Assembly: GCA_013265495.1 (NCBI GenBank) | Contig: MU058228.1 | Coordinates: 1 to 64,000 of the forward strand | DNA from: Vicugna vicugna | Lineage: Eukaryota | Reading direction: 5' to 3' | Length of the DNA stretch: 64,000 nucleotides | Shown here: positions 41,910 to 59,577 of the stretch, in pieces | How the letters are laid out: every line of letters starts with the position of its first letter | Position numbering within the stretch: the first letter of the stretch is position 1 | The notes under the pieces: generated by a model | What the model was told of the DNA's origin: nothing | The model's database searches: none | The model's input: the letters and a program-made list of their open reading frames with translations, nothing else | Made by a program: the position numbers and the translations under genes

Positions 41910-43350
41910 CACTATAGGGGAGCTGGAGAGAAAGTGTCTTCAATTAAGTGATCCAGAACCATATTATAATCCAACAAGAGAATCTTGGTGGCTGGGCCAG
42001 AGTTGAGTTGGAATTCCCTAGGCTCCCTTCTGGCTGGGCTGTACTCAGAGATGACCAGCCAGGTTGGCCTGGAATCGCCATTAGAAATGTTGTACCAACA
42101 AATGGTCAGGGCAGAATCTTTAATTTTCAAAATAAGTCTAGAGCACTCCCCATCCCTTTCTTCTGATCATTAACCGAGAAGTGGCTGACCAAGAGGACAC
42201 GAACACTTTCAGGGGATGGCCACATTCAGTGATCAGGCTGCCTCACTAAGGTGTGTGGACCAGGAGGAGGCAAGGGAGGCAGAGCTGATTTGAAGGGGGC
42301 CGTTCCAGCGCTCGGCACCCAGATGCTGAGGGTGGGAATGTAGAATGTTCATCCAGCACCTTGACGACTGGTCACTGTTGAGTGGCTTCTGTAATAAAAT
42401 AAAAGGTGCACTGATGTCAGATTGCAGAGGGTCTGCAAAGCCTGAAACATGACACTGTTTACTTTCGAGGGCCAGTATGATGTGGCCTGGGTCAGCTGAC
42501 TGGGCTGCAACAGTGATACTGGCACCAACAGAGCCCCTAGCGGGTGTCCGAGGTGCAGTGGAGTCAGTTACCAGGAGCAGGAGGGAGCCTCCGGGCGGGC
42601 GATGCAGGCTTGATCAGCAGCTTGGAGCCTGTGAGTTTTATTAGAGACCAGTCCCCCCGTGGGCACCCACATGAATGACCCAACTGTCAGACAGAACCAA
42701 GGTGTGTTTTCGTTGTTCACCACCACAACGGCTGTGTCTTTAATTTTCCAAAGTGAACCAAGCAACCAGGCCATTGGCTGGCAGCCCAAGTCGGTAAAAT
42801 TTAACAAAGCACATGAGGGGGAGTGCTGGTCAGACTCGTGATGAGAATGGCCTTGACTTCTGCTCACTGAGCAGGGCAGTGATGTCCACTTTCGGTTTTA
42901 CATAGCTGGCCCTGAGGTTGGGCCGCGGCAGCCCCCCAGCGCACCCAGCAGGGTTCAGCTGCACTAAGCCATCAGCGAACCAAGCCCAGTCTCCAGGGAG
43001 CCACAACTTCGTTCGGGGTGGTTTCTCCCAGAGCAGAAACGGCTGCTTTTTCATGGAAAGCCCTTCTAGGGCCAGGCTGTGCTTTTAAACATACCATTTC
43101 CGCTTGACTAGCAAGGTCTTGTAGGCTCTTCCCATCTTGTTAACTGTCAGGTTTGACTTGATGCACCCCAAAATGAGGCTATCAGGCTGGAGAGTTACCA
43201 AGCCTCCTGGGTCTCGAGCTCTTCCGCGGCAGAGGTGCCCTGCAGCTGGGCCAGCAGGTGGCGCTGTTGCACCGAGCCGTGGACGGGTAGCAATGGGGTT
43301 TTTAAGTAAAGCTGTGATTTCCCTTTCTTGCTTTGCAGTCTTTAGTGTTC
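41910..43350 (-). mobile_element. Ancient ERV-L (class III) internal pol relic: connection / RNase H / integrase
   Basis: Frameshifted minus-strand peptides VTLQPDSLILGCIKSNLTVNKMGRAYKTLLVKRKWYV, WAWFADG, and QSADPGHIILALESKQCHVSGFADPLQSDISAPF..ATQQ..ASG.ERWNGPFKSAL (integrase core). Confidence 0.75.
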
Positions 43351-44504
43351 CTGTTGGACCCTCCTGGAGGTGAAAGGAAGGTGGATTGGGGAGTGATCGT
43401 CATGTCCCACTGTCATCCTCTACACAGAGCAGTCCCTGAATAGGAAAATCCCCTCTTACACTTAAGGGAGTGGAAAAGTGCAGGATATAAGCCATCAATT
43501 CCTGCAGCATATACGGGTGTAGAAGCATTTGTTGAATTCAGACACCTCTTCCCCTACAGGGACAAGGACCAAGAAATCTGATATGTTTGCCAGGGGTTAC
43601 AATGACCAGCAGCAGGAGACCACGCTAACATTCCAGCCAAGGCTGCAGGAGAGGGAAGCAAGTCTGCAGGACATGGTGAAGGCAGCAGAGGGGAACCTGA
43701 ACCTTCAGCCTTCTCCTTCCTTGGCCTCTGGCTCCAGGGTCGGCACCTAAGATTCACTACTGCCCTCTGCCTCCTGCTGGCACCTCCTGGCTTCCTGTAA
43801 ACACCTCAGCCCAGGGGCCCCTTTCTCTCTGCACCCATGCATGTTGCTGTATTTCACCCCGCAGTCCTTGGCACCCCGGCCACCCCTGTGCTCAGCACCC
43901 TCTCCTTACTACCAGGAACTACATACTGCAGCTGGGTTGTGAGTCCAGCCCGGTGGATACTCAGGCGACTGGCTTCTGCAGCACTGGCCAAAGGTGACTG
44001 TCCACACACGCCTGCCTTGCACTTGAATCACAAAGGATTTGCTCACCTGCTCAATATTGGCAGCAAGATTTCAAAGGCATCCTTTTGTTTGGTACCCCGG
44101 AAGTTTGGATACTCCAGGGCTGTGCACTGCTCTACATTTGGGGGTGAGAAACCTGAGTATCTTCTGCCAGGTGGGGAAGGTGACCCAGAAAGACAGTTGT
44201 CCAGCCACCGCGGTGTTTTCCAGGAGAGCAGTTTTAAAGGTGAATAAGATAGAAAATAAGGATCTGGGAATGGATCCTCACAGAACTAGCTGTCTCCACA
44301 CACTCGTTGTGAAGATCTGTGTGTTATCCATCCCCCATCCCCACCCTCCTCCCTAGGGTCCTCAAATCCTTGTCTGAAGACAGCTACAGTCTGACCCGAG
44401 AGCCACAGAAGGCCACCAGTACCCTTCCGTCTACTGACTGTTGATAAGGCTTACTATTTTTTAAATGAAATTAATATTTTTACTGCTTCATCAAGGATAT
44501 TCTT

Positions 44505-44639
44505 TTTTATTATTATTTATTTTGGGGGGGAGGTAATTAGGTTTACTTATTTATTTTTAGAGGAGGTACTGGGGATTGAATCCAGGACCTTGTACATGCC
44601 AAGCATGTGCTCTACCACTTGAGCTGTACCCTCCCTCCT
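44505..44639 (-). mobile_element. tRNA-derived camelid-type SINE (Vic-1-like)
   Basis: Reverse complement of gggagggtacagctcaagtggtagagcacatgcttggcatgtacaaggtcctggattcaatccccagtacctcc; TSD aaggatattctt. Confidence 0.9.
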
Positions 44640-44651
44640 AAGGATATTCTT

Positions 44652-44810
44652 TTCTAAAAAATAATTTATTTATTTTTGGTTTGGTTTTTTGTCTTGGGGG
44701 GGTAATTAGATTTATTTACTTACTTATTTATTTTAATGGAGGTACTGGGGATTGACCCAGGACCTCCTGCATGCTAAGCAGGCATTCTGCCACTGAGCTA
44801 TACCCTCCCC
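44652..44810 (-). mobile_element. tRNA-derived camelid-type SINE (Vic-1-like)
   Basis: Reverse complement of ggggagggtatagctcagtggcagaatgcctgcttagcatgcaggaggtcctgggtcaatccccagtacctcc; TSD tcatcaaggatattctt. Confidence 0.9.
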
Positions 44811-45014
44811 TCATCAAGGATATTCTTATATGAAACTGGATTTTTTTTAAAAAGAATGTATGACAATAAAGACTATAATAGTTCTGTTTGGTGCCACTGC
44901 CTGAATTTGTACTACAGTGTGAGCAGTTTAACCCACCACTGCTTTTGTAGCATCCCTGCAAATGTCAACACAGTGGAAAAGACAAAAAACAAAACAAAAC
45001 AAAACAAAAACTAT

Positions 45015-45500
45015 CCTGAAACATCCATAATCATACTGAGTGAAGAAAGCAAAACTCAAAAGGCTACAAACAGTAGGTATGATTCCATTTATATAACATT
45101 CTCAAAATGACAAAATGACAGAGATGGAGAACAGATTAGAGGTTGCCAGGGGTTAGGAACTGGGTGGGAGGATGTGGAGAGAGATGGGTGTGACTGTAAG
45201 AGTGTAGCGAGGGGGATGTTTGTGGTGGTGGAGCAGGTGTGTATCTTGATTATAGAGTTGATATACAAGTCTTCACTTGATAAAATTGCATAGAACTTTA
45301 GACACACACTGCATATAAAACTGGCAAAATCTGAGTAAGATTTGTGGATTGTACCAATGTCAATTTCCTGGTTTTGTTATAGTAATTAAGATGTTACCAC
45401 TGGGGGAAACTGGGTGAAGAGTACACGGGGCCTCTTTGTACTTCTTTTTAAACTTACTGTGAATCTATAATTATTTCAAAATAAAACAATAATAAAAAAT
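45015..45500 (+). mobile_element. L1M 3' end fragment
   Basis: atgattccatttatataacattctcaaaatgacaaaatgacagagatggagaacagattagaggttgccagggg...gtgaatctataattatttcaaaataaaa. Confidence 0.8.
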
Positions 45501-45929
45501 CTATCTTATGAAAATAGCTTTGACTGCCCAGACCACCTGGTCTCAAAGACCCACACAGGTCCACAGAATAGACTTTGAAAACTGCTCAAAATTAGATATT
45601 TCAAAGATAAAATAATCTTACAAACAATATCATTCCAGCAGATTAGAGATTTTAGATGAAATAGATAAATACACAGGAAAAAATTTACTTACCAAACCTG
45701 ATTCAAGAAGAAGTAAAAATATGAATAGTCTTACAATCTTCAAAAATTCAATCAGGAATCAAAAAAATCCTCCCAAAAAGAAATTCTAGACCTAGCTGGC
45801 TTGAAAGATGAATTCCTGTGGAATTCTGAGAAAAATAGATACAATTTTGTTCTAATCTGGTTGAAAAGTAACAGCCGCATCTTATTTTATGGCCGATTGT
45901 TCCATCACTTTTGCATCTGGGCATCTGCT

Positions 45930-46362
45930 GTTTTTTGAAATATAGTTGATTTACAATGTTTCAGGTGTACAGCAAAGTGATTCAGTTATACACATATATA
46001 TATATGTTCTTTTTCAGATTATTTTCCATTATAGGTTATTACAAGATATTGAATATAGTTTCCTGTGCTATACAGTAGGTGCTTGTTATCTTTTATATAT
46101 AGTAGTGTATCTCTTAATCCCCAAATCCAAATTTATCCTTCCTCCCTCTCCCCTTTGGTAATCAGAAGTCTGTTTTCTATGTCTGTGAATCTGTTTCTGT
46201 TTTGCAAATAAGTTCGTTTGTATCATTTTTTAGGATTCCACATATAATTGATATCATGTGGTAGTTGTCTTTCTCTTTCTGCTTACTTTATTTAGTATGA
46301 GAATCTCTCGGTCCATCCATGTTGATGCAAATGACTTTAATTCATTCTTTTTCATGGCTGAG
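45930..46362 (-). mobile_element. Artiodactyl-type L1 3' end (antisense)
   Basis: gaaatatagttgatttacaatgtttcaggtgtacagcaaagtgattcagttatacac...ggttattacaagatattgaatatagtttcctgtgctatacagtagg. Confidence 0.85.
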
Positions 46363-46440
46363 TTTTATTTATTTGTTTGTTTGTTTGTTTGTTTGTTTGT
46401 TTGTTTATTTATTTATTTATTTACATGATTATTTATTTAT
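46363..46440. repeat. (TTTG)n/(TTTA)n compound microsatellite
   Basis: Directly visible tetranucleotide run. Confidence 0.9.
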
Positions 46441-47729
46441 AAAAGCTATATGGAAGTTTAAATGTTTTCCTCCTCGCCTTGGTAGACTGCCTTGGGCATC
46501 TTCTGCATGACTCATGGAACTTCAGAGACCACAGACCCAAGAATAATCATTAATAGCAAGACTTTTGAGAACTTGTTGGGAATTAACCAGACAGCTGGGT
46601 TCTGGGGCAAATACAAATGGCAAGCTGCAAATTGACCTCTAGGCCCCAGAGTAACAGAGTTGATTGTATTGAGGATGCTGGGCACCTGAGAGCTGTTTCC
46701 TGAGGGCTGCCATTAGGTGAATTTCTAGGAAACACACAACCCCACTTCCAGGAGATTCACTCTGCTTCTATCCTTCCCTCCTCTCCTTGCCACTGCCTTC
46801 TTATTCATCTTGTTCTTGTCTTGGAGGAGGAGTGGAAGAATAAGGAAGTGAAAAGAGAGAAAGAAAAAAATTGCCCATTTTTCTTGGGGGGTTGGGGGTT
46901 GGAATTGAGTTTATTTAGTGGCTTGGCTATTCCAGCTATTTGCTCAGATTCTCACTGGGTCTAGAAAGACTGGTGTTGGTCACACACTCACACCTCTCAG
47001 GCTACCCTCAAGTTTTATTACCTGGAAATTGTTCTTTCATGCCTCAGGGCTTTTGCACTGGCTGCTGCCACTGAGGAGAACTCTCCTTCTTCCCTTCAAC
47101 AGCCTGAATCACTTCTGGAAAGTCTTCTCACCGCCCTACAGGCCCTGCTCTTTGTCACTTTTCTGAGCACATACCATATTTTACTGACATTGGTTAAATT
47201 ACTGTCCTTAGACTGAAGTCACCGGAGAGTTAGGTTTGTTGCATCTGCAGACCTGAGTGGCTGTGCTATAAGTATTGGATGCCATAAAAATCGGGATCAA
47301 ATTTGAGGCAGGGCCATAAGGTGAATCAGGAGATCACAAGATTTCGTTTCGTGTATATTATCTGCGGGATTTGATCCCGACACTTTCAGGATTCCTCCTG
47401 TGAGGACATAAAAATGAGTAAATTTCGAAAACCTGGACCCTCATTCCCTCAAGCATCTCAAACATCAAAGGGCTTCGCCTGTTTTCTTCAGATCTGGATC
47501 TATAACTTCCCCAAATCTTTTCTGCTTTCATCACTTGTACAGGTTTTGTCCTCACGTGAACTCTCTGATAGGCTAGAATGTTTTCTTCAGATTTTAGTAA
47601 TTTAAAGGGGGCTTTTTTTTTTTTTTTTTTTTACATGAGACAAACACAAAACTTTGCTTGGAAGCATAAACTTGGTCTGTTTGGAAACTTCAAATAAGGG
47701 TGAGTTTTTTATATCGAATCCTTCAAGCG

Positions 47730-48470
47730 TCCTCCTGTTTGCTGCGGGTCAACTTGGGACTCCGGTAGCTCAGACACTGTATGCCCTGCTGGGCCCACGG
47801 CTGCCCCGCGGAGAACCACGTGGGAGCTCAGCCTGGACCACCCCCGCCACCCGCGCCAGGACGCCCCCTCCCCGGCCGCCGGCTCCCGAGCATGCGCCCT
47901 GAGGACCAGGTGCGCGGCGTCCCACCAGGCCCCGCCAGCAGGGGGCGCGGCGGGCGGGGGCGACAGGCCTAGAGTGTTGCGTCAGCGCTGGGGCCCTGCG
48001 CCCAGTCAGCAAACCACCGAGAGGCGAAGACCTCCCATTTTCCTAGAGAGAACAAGTGGACGTGGGGGACTCGGGGGAGCGGTGAGTAGTGAAAAGAACC
48101 GACCCGGAAGCGAAACGGAGGGAACTTCCGTTCTTTGTTCTGTCCACCGTGTGTGGGTCTGTGACAGGGACCAACGGGGCCTGGTCGGTGTCCGGCCCCC
48201 CAAATCTCCCGTCCCTGCCCCCAGGGTGAGTCCGGCCGCCCCCAGGGCTCGCGGTGGGGCAGGGACAGTGGTCGCCAGGGAAGTGGGGGGGGGTATCCGT
48301 GCTGCTGCGGCCCGCGGGGTCCCCAGGCCCTCCGGGAGCGGGCTCCCGGGAGGCGCGAGTCCCGACTCCGCTTCCCCAGGGACCCCGCCCCCTGCAGGCC
48401 CCGCGTGCGAGGAGGAAGGAGGGGCTGAGGTTCTGATTCTGTGACTTCCACAGCGCCCAGCTCGAGCACT
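47730..48470 (+). promoter_or_regulatory. ZNF3 CpG-island promoter with candidate non-coding first exon(s)
   Basis: CpG-rich; CTCF-like CGCCAGCAGGGGGCGCG at 47933; ETS motifs CCGGAAG/ACTTCCG at ~48104-48130; GTGAGT donors near 48082 and 48226. Confidence 0.7.
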
Positions 48471-51400
48471 TCAAAGTTCCAGTCTGGCTGGAGAGGTGCC
48501 CCTCTTTTTACAACAGCTGATGACAGCGACCCTAACTTGGTCGTTATTCGGCAGGAGGGAGGGTCTGTTTTTACTTAGCTGGGTCCGAGGATCAGAGAAT
48601 GAGGAGTGTTACAAAGCGTGCGCAGTTAAAACTATTCACACATAACGGAATCATCCCCCTGGCGCCCAGTAAATCGAGTCTTTTTCGGGGAGTGGTACAA
48701 CTGTGTCCCATTTCCAGACGTATTAAATCCCTAATTTGATCCCCTTTTGAAGTGGGATTGAACACAAGCCGGTGTTTCCGTTCTGAAGGGCGTATGTGAA
48801 CTCCAGCAGAGGATAAGCAGGCTGATGAGCCTGAAATCTGTGCGATATTTAGAGGAACTAAAGGTATTCATCCCCACGAAGAGAAGCTTGTGGAGAGTGG
48901 ACATCATTGGGTTTCAAGTGTTTGGTGGAGAGTTGCCTGGAAACAGAAGATATCATAGAAACTCCGTTGGTCACTAGGCCTCTGAGAGGTGAAGGTCGGA
49001 GGGAGAAGATTCTCAGCGTAACTCCCAAGACCTCTCTAATGGCTAAGCTGTGCGGCAGTGGAACAGACTCCCTGTCTAGCAAGTTAGTGGGCAGTTCCTA
49101 ACGAGGAACTTGAGATGTTTCTTGCACTGGGTGGGAGGTTGACCTGGAGAACCTTGACTTCCATTTCAGCTCTCGGAGGGCGCAGCACAGATACCAATTT
49201 TGGTCTTAATCAGTATTTATCAGCATATGTCCTCTCTTCCTGTTTTTCCCCCCTCATCACTAAGTATCTAGATTCCAAGTGAAGTTCACATGAACCTTTA
49301 AAATTCCTTTTTCTTTGTTTTTCCTTAGTCATACAGCATTGGCATCAACTCAAGTCAGAACTCCCAGGAACTTGAACAGACGCTGCCAAATTCCCAGTAA
49401 TTGCTACTCTGGCCTTTTCGAGACTAACTCCAAAGAAGGAAGGAAAGAATCCGGCGGGTAAAGCTTTCCTCGACTTGTTCTCTCTGCCAGGTCCTCTTTC
49501 TCAGTCCCCAAGAGCACTGCAGGGGAGTGGGGTTGGCAGTGGAGCAGGGGAAGGGCCCTGCCTGGACCTGAAGCAGGGGGGGCACAAAGGAGGTTTTTCT
49601 TTCCATGAGAAACATTGTTTCCTGATCTAGACACTAGGGACTTGTTCTCAACAATATGCCTTTGAGTTTCAGCTTTGCTTAACCCAGTTGTGAGGAGGGA
49701 GCGTTGCTTTTTTCTCTGGAATCAGCGCTTCTGACTCTCCTTTCTAAGGAGAGTTTGGACTGAGAGCTGATTTCGTGGGGGTGTCTGCTTGTAAGCAGCC
49801 CTGGAGATTGCAAAGGTGGTTGACAGGAAGAAGAGGATGGCTGGCTCTGAGAAAGAGTCGAAGGGCCCCAACCAGGAGAGTGATGGTGGCAAGAGGGTGT
49901 GCCTCCTGGATCTTCAGTGGGCCTGGCTCATACCTGATTCATTGCTTTTCACTGTGTAATGGTCCTGGTGTGGTGATGGGCAGTCTACACGCCCCTGCTG
50001 CCCAAAGGCTGGCACTGTCTGAACTCTGAGTGACCCTCAAGGCCCCCACCCCATTTTATGCCTTATGCGATTGCAACAGTCTGTAATGATGAAACAAATG
50101 CCTTTTGCATTCTGGATTTTTTTCACTCCTTTCAATAGTGCCTTGCAATGTAACTGGCACGTAACAAATGTTTGTTCTATGAGCAAATGAATAAAGAGAG
50201 GGGAGGTGGCCAAAATCCAGGGTTTTCCCCTCTGTTCCTGCCTAAGCGTGAGGAGGCTCTGGCAGCTGCCTCCCCTGTACTTCATCTGTGGATTCTCGCC
50301 ACAACGTTCAGTTGTGGAGTAGAAACTTATAAGATCCAAACCTTAGTCTGGGTGCTAATGTTACATCTTATTCACTGGCGCCACAGAGAACAGACCTCTT
50401 TTGATTGTCGTAGCCACTGGGGAGTGGGGACCTTAGCAAGAATAAAAATGTAGTAAATAATTTTATATTTGTTTAAAAAGTATTAGTTCTTGCTTTAAGG
50501 ACTTACATCCAAGGAAATCTATTATGAGAGATGGGAGAGAAAATCTTTAATGAGAGAAGCCTCGCTGCTGCCTTCTCAGGGAGAGGACACACCACAGCTG
50601 GGGCCAGGGTCTCAGAGCCTGGTGAATACACACACCCACACTCTGTAACGAGACCGCACGAGGACCGCACGGGCGCAGGTTCCTCAGTAACAGCCCGCTT
50701 TCGACTGAGGCTGGAAGCAGAAGCTGTCTTAGAAAGAAGGGGGAGGAAGAATTTATCTCAGTCTAGCAGATCTGAGCTGTTTGCCCTAGTTCTGTGAGAC
50801 AGGTATTGTTTCCCCCAGGTTTTTAAAATGAGACAGAGAACTTAGGGAAACTTTCTCTGATCTCTGTTATTTGGGTGCTATTTCACGGCCCCTCTTCCTC
50901 TGAGGATAGTGCCTACAGGTACTGTAACAGCTAGAAACCGACCAAAGTAAGTTGGGTTTTTTTCCCCTTGTACTAATTCTAACGTTTCTGAAGGGCTTTT
51001 CTTGATCTGTATACATTAGCTTTATCCATTATTCCCAGGGTTCCTAAAAGTTAACGTGATACTTAAACATTTTGCAATCTATGTGTAATACTCTTTTTTC
51101 GCTTTACTCTGATATTTCTAATTTCAGTAGTCACTTAGTATTTCATTCTGTTAATGGCATCGTTTGGCACCCATGTTCTCCATTTTTTGTTGTTAGAAAT
51201 AGCGCTTGGTGTGAGGAGGGCACCTAAGGTGGGATGTTGTCCAGGAACTTGGGCCCTTTTTTGTGATCCTCGTGTGATCTCATCACAGGGACCAGGTGCA
51301 TTTATTCACCAGGATCTAAAAGACCGATCACTGTTGCTGCATTTCCTCTTGCTATTCTGGTAGTAACTGAAATGCTAGTTCCCCTCTTTCTGTATTCAGT

Positions 51401-51529
51401 AGAGTTTTTTAAAATTGTCTTTGCACCCTGACCTTTTGCTTCTGCAGTGCTTCCTCATTGTCACTCAAACCCTGCTTCCTGCTGACTTTGCAAACAGGAG
51501 ACCAGAGATACGAGCTTCTAGCCCTACCC

Positions 51530-55917
<4,388 letters not shown>

Positions 55918-58900
55918 AAGAGAGCCGCTCACCTGTTCTCCTCACTTCCTCTGAGTCTCAAGAGCGTCTGCCTTACTCTACAAGTACGAACAACTTAGGA
56001 TGTGTCCCTTCACTTTAGAGAATGGGGCAGACTGGGCAGGCCATCCTGGCACAGTGGTTAGCAACCGAGTCAGTGTCCCCAGGAATGACCCCAGCCCTGA
56101 AAGATTAGGCCACTAGTAGAGGGAAGCTCTGGGACCAGTCTTCTTCCGTTTTGGAAGGCAGTTTGCACTAGACCATGTTTCTCACACCAGAGGAGCCTTT
56201 CTTTCCAAGGTGGGGTTGGAAGCACGTAGGAATAAAATTCCAAGGAGTCCTCTAGTTGGGAGTCAGTATAGTCAGCAGAGAAGAACGTGGAAAGAATGTT
56301 CTGGGTCGTGTTACTGGCTAGCAGGGGAGATGGAGGCTGTATTTCAAAGCCACTGCTTCTAATCCAGCTTTCAGTTCTGATGAAGAATGTGCTGTTTTGT
56401 TCTATGACTTCGTTCATTAGGGAAACGGGGTGCTGAGGGATGTTACTTTGTTGGGCGGGGGAAGGACCCTAAGGTTTTCTGCAGTGACTGTATCCTTTAG
56501 GGCTCCTGGAGCAGCATAAGCCAGTTTCCAGGAGCAGCCTGGCAGTTTTGTGGGAGAACTCGCTCTTCCCTGCTGTGATAGGACTAACTGGGAATCCAGC
56601 TAATCACTGGGTCTAACATGAGGGAAAGGAGCAAAAGCTTTTAGCATCAACCTGTTCCTTTCCTCCTCTCTCCTGCCACTTCTGTGACAGAAAGTGATTT
56701 AATCTAAACCCCTAGTTACTAAGGATGCTTTTAAGGAGCTCGCTTAGCCAGCTTCCTGTGCCCTCTGTCACCTATAACCTGTGACCTCTGGCCCTGGCAG
56801 CTGGACCCCTCCTGATGCCACCTCTGACTTCGGCAGCCAAGAATGAATGCAAAGCACAGAGACCAGAGGAGGACAACTCGGCCTGAGCCTGGCCACGGGG
56901 CCTCTCGCCGGGTTAGAGGAGCTCCCGGGGCTTCCCAACTGAAGGGATGACCTGCGGTTACACTTGCCCATCGTGCTCCTCCTGTAGCATACATGAAGTG
57001 CACTATTAAACAGAATAGTTTTCAGAAGGACAGATTGAGTGTGTTTTTGGGCAGGGGCCAAATTTATTTCAGTTTAAACAAGAAACATTAGTGACTGTAA
57101 ATGGAATCTTTAAGAAATTAAAGCTTTGTACAGACAACCATTTCCCCTTTAGGCTCAAACATGTGACCTCCCTCCCTCAAGACTCCATCATTTCCTCTGC
57201 GTTGCCTCTGACTCTCAGGCATTTACCAGTCGCTCCCCTATCCATTAGGGTCTTATTGATGCGTATTGTTTTGTGTGATACGATACTTAACACCAGCTGC
57301 CAAAACTAGGAAGGTGTTGCTAAGTATGGGGTCCTTGATAAGAGTGTACTTGGGTGTCAGGTACCGATGGGCCTGTTGAGATGTCTTGGTTTGGCTGTGG
57401 GGAGGTTACGGTCATGGAGAAGGCGGAGATGAAAGAGATGAGGACGTGTCTGGAACTCTGGCCTCTGAAAATTTTTGGATCGTGTATTTTGACCACGTAA
57501 AGTTTTTAATTTCATAAAACTAATGAAACTTGCCCATCTGGCTCTTCTTTGACACCCACCGCAGACTTACAGGTCGACCCTCTGCAAGTGTAGACCAAGA
57601 GCTATCACCCATGGTAGGGTCTTGTTGGTAGTGCGGGTGTCTGCCCCAGTTCAGACCTGTAAAGTGATTTCTGAGGGTAGAGCCTAAATGTTCATATTGA
57701 GAAGGAAGAAACAGTAATGAAACAACATTTCTAGGAGGGGATAAACAAGCTAGGTCTCACAAGACAGATTCTGTGTGGTAACGGAGAGGAGGTTCCAGGC
57801 AGAGAGTTTGGGGTGGGCCAGAGCATGGCTACTCATGTGGAGGTTCCATCATGAACTCTGGGAAAGACCCCTGAACAGGCAGACTGCGAGCGATGGGCTG
57901 TCAGTGCGCATGAAGCCTCAGCCCCCTCTCTGCTGGGTGCTGGCTCCGCACCTGGAAAAGGCTTCATGACTCACTCTTGAGAGCGTCGCAAACAAACCTG
58001 AGACCGATCAGGCCATTGCATGGAAAATTGTTTTCCAGGTGTCTTTGAAAGAACTTTGGAACGTTTGGTTCACCTGACTCTCCTGATTACTCGTTCCTGT
58101 TTCTCATAGTGATCCCTCTCCTCAGTGCCCACCTGAGCATTCCTTAATGTCCAGTCATGGTATTGGTGGTTTCTATGCCAAGGGTTATTCTTTGAACCCA
58201 TTTACTCCCATGGCCTGAACTATTAACCTCTATTTAAATACGTTTTAAATCTACACAATGTGGTACTGACCTCTTCCAAGCTCTGGCCTCAGGTCTCTAG
58301 CAGACTGCAGGGCATTGACACTTGGGCCTCTACAAGTTTCAAATTATTTCTTTCAAACCAGATACATTTCTTCCCCCATAAGTACCCCTTCTCAAAATCT
58401 CTGTAAACCTCTCAGGGTCAAAACTTTCAAGTTTGTTGATTCTCATCCTTCTGCACTGAACCAGGGTCAAGTCCTGGGCACGTTTCCTGAGCAGGGGGTG
58501 GAAAGATGGATTGCTGCGGGGGTAGGGTGTTGTGGTTGAGGTCGTGGAGGCGGTGGGGTTTCCAAGTGAAGGTAATAATAGCTGGCACGTGGCCTAAGAG
58601 GGCCTTCCTGGCCCTTTCCCAAGTAGTTTTCATATATGAAATCACTTAATCTTTACAACAACCTGTGTGTGAGGCAGGCGTTAGTGATAACCGCGTCTTA
58701 CAGATGAGAAACGGCTGAACTTGCCCCGTGATCAGCGCACGGAAGGCCTCACCTGGGTTGCTCTGCTTGCTGGGAGGCCGGACCACATGGCCTCCGTGCC
58801 TCCGATGTGAGGGGAGCAGGCACGTGTGAAGAGTAAACCTCATCCAGGCAACTGCCTCGTCCTGTCAGGATTCTCCAGTCTCCTTCCTAGTTCCTCAAAC

Positions 58901-59174
58901 TTCCTTTGCTGCAAGTCCTAGAGTTCGAGTCCTCATGACTTCTCCCTGGATGACACAGTCTCCTAATGCATTAGTATCTTTATTTTTTCTCAAGCTTACC
59001 TCTCCAAAGCACTACACCCATCTTGTCACTCTTTTATCAAAAAATTTCAGTGGCTTCGCCCTTAAAGGATAAAATTCAAACTCCTTAGCCGTGGAGTCAA
59101 GGCTTTCCTTGAGCTGGTCTCTACATAACTGTATTGCCTTCTCTTTGAGCTCCTCCTCACATTGGAAAACCAGA

Positions 59175-59577
59175 TGTTGAAAACCCGGGGATGGAGAGTC
59201 GTTAGGGCGGTAAAAACAGATCTTATTCACAGCTGTTGTAACTGGGCTCGGTTCTGAGCACAGCGCAGTCTGTGGGGGTGCACAGTAAGGAGCAGGCTGG
59301 GTGTCAGTGGGTGGAAACTCTCAGGGGAAGCATCAGGGGTAAGGAGTCTTGCTGAAGACAGGCTGGGGTGATCAGACATCACCCTGGGGCGACGCAGCAG
59401 GATGAAGTATCTGATGAGATACTGAGGCGGGTCAGATGTGAAGGGCGGGGGACTCTTACCAGACTGATTTAGCACGGCTCTCGCTAAAACTAGAATTTAC
59501 AGGGAAGCACACATGTGGGTCTAAGAAAAGGTTTGGGAGCGTGAGGAAGGTCTGTTAAAGCAAAGAAATCTTTGTCA
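59175..59577. mobile_element. Probable ERV solo LTR (MER-type)
   Basis: TG...CA-bounded ~400 bp unit with the recalled LTR-like core ggtgtcagtgggtggaaa..catcaggggtaagg..ggtgatcagacatcaccctgggg. Family not certain. Confidence 0.45.

Noticed and set aside
43420..43520. Faint resemblance to a decayed C2H2 zinc-finger unit
   Set aside because: No frame preserves Cys/His spacing; too weak to support.
56490..56498. GTATCCTTT U12-like donor in the ZNF3 3' UTR
   Set aside because: I could not identify a matching U12 branch point, acceptor or exon; probably chance.
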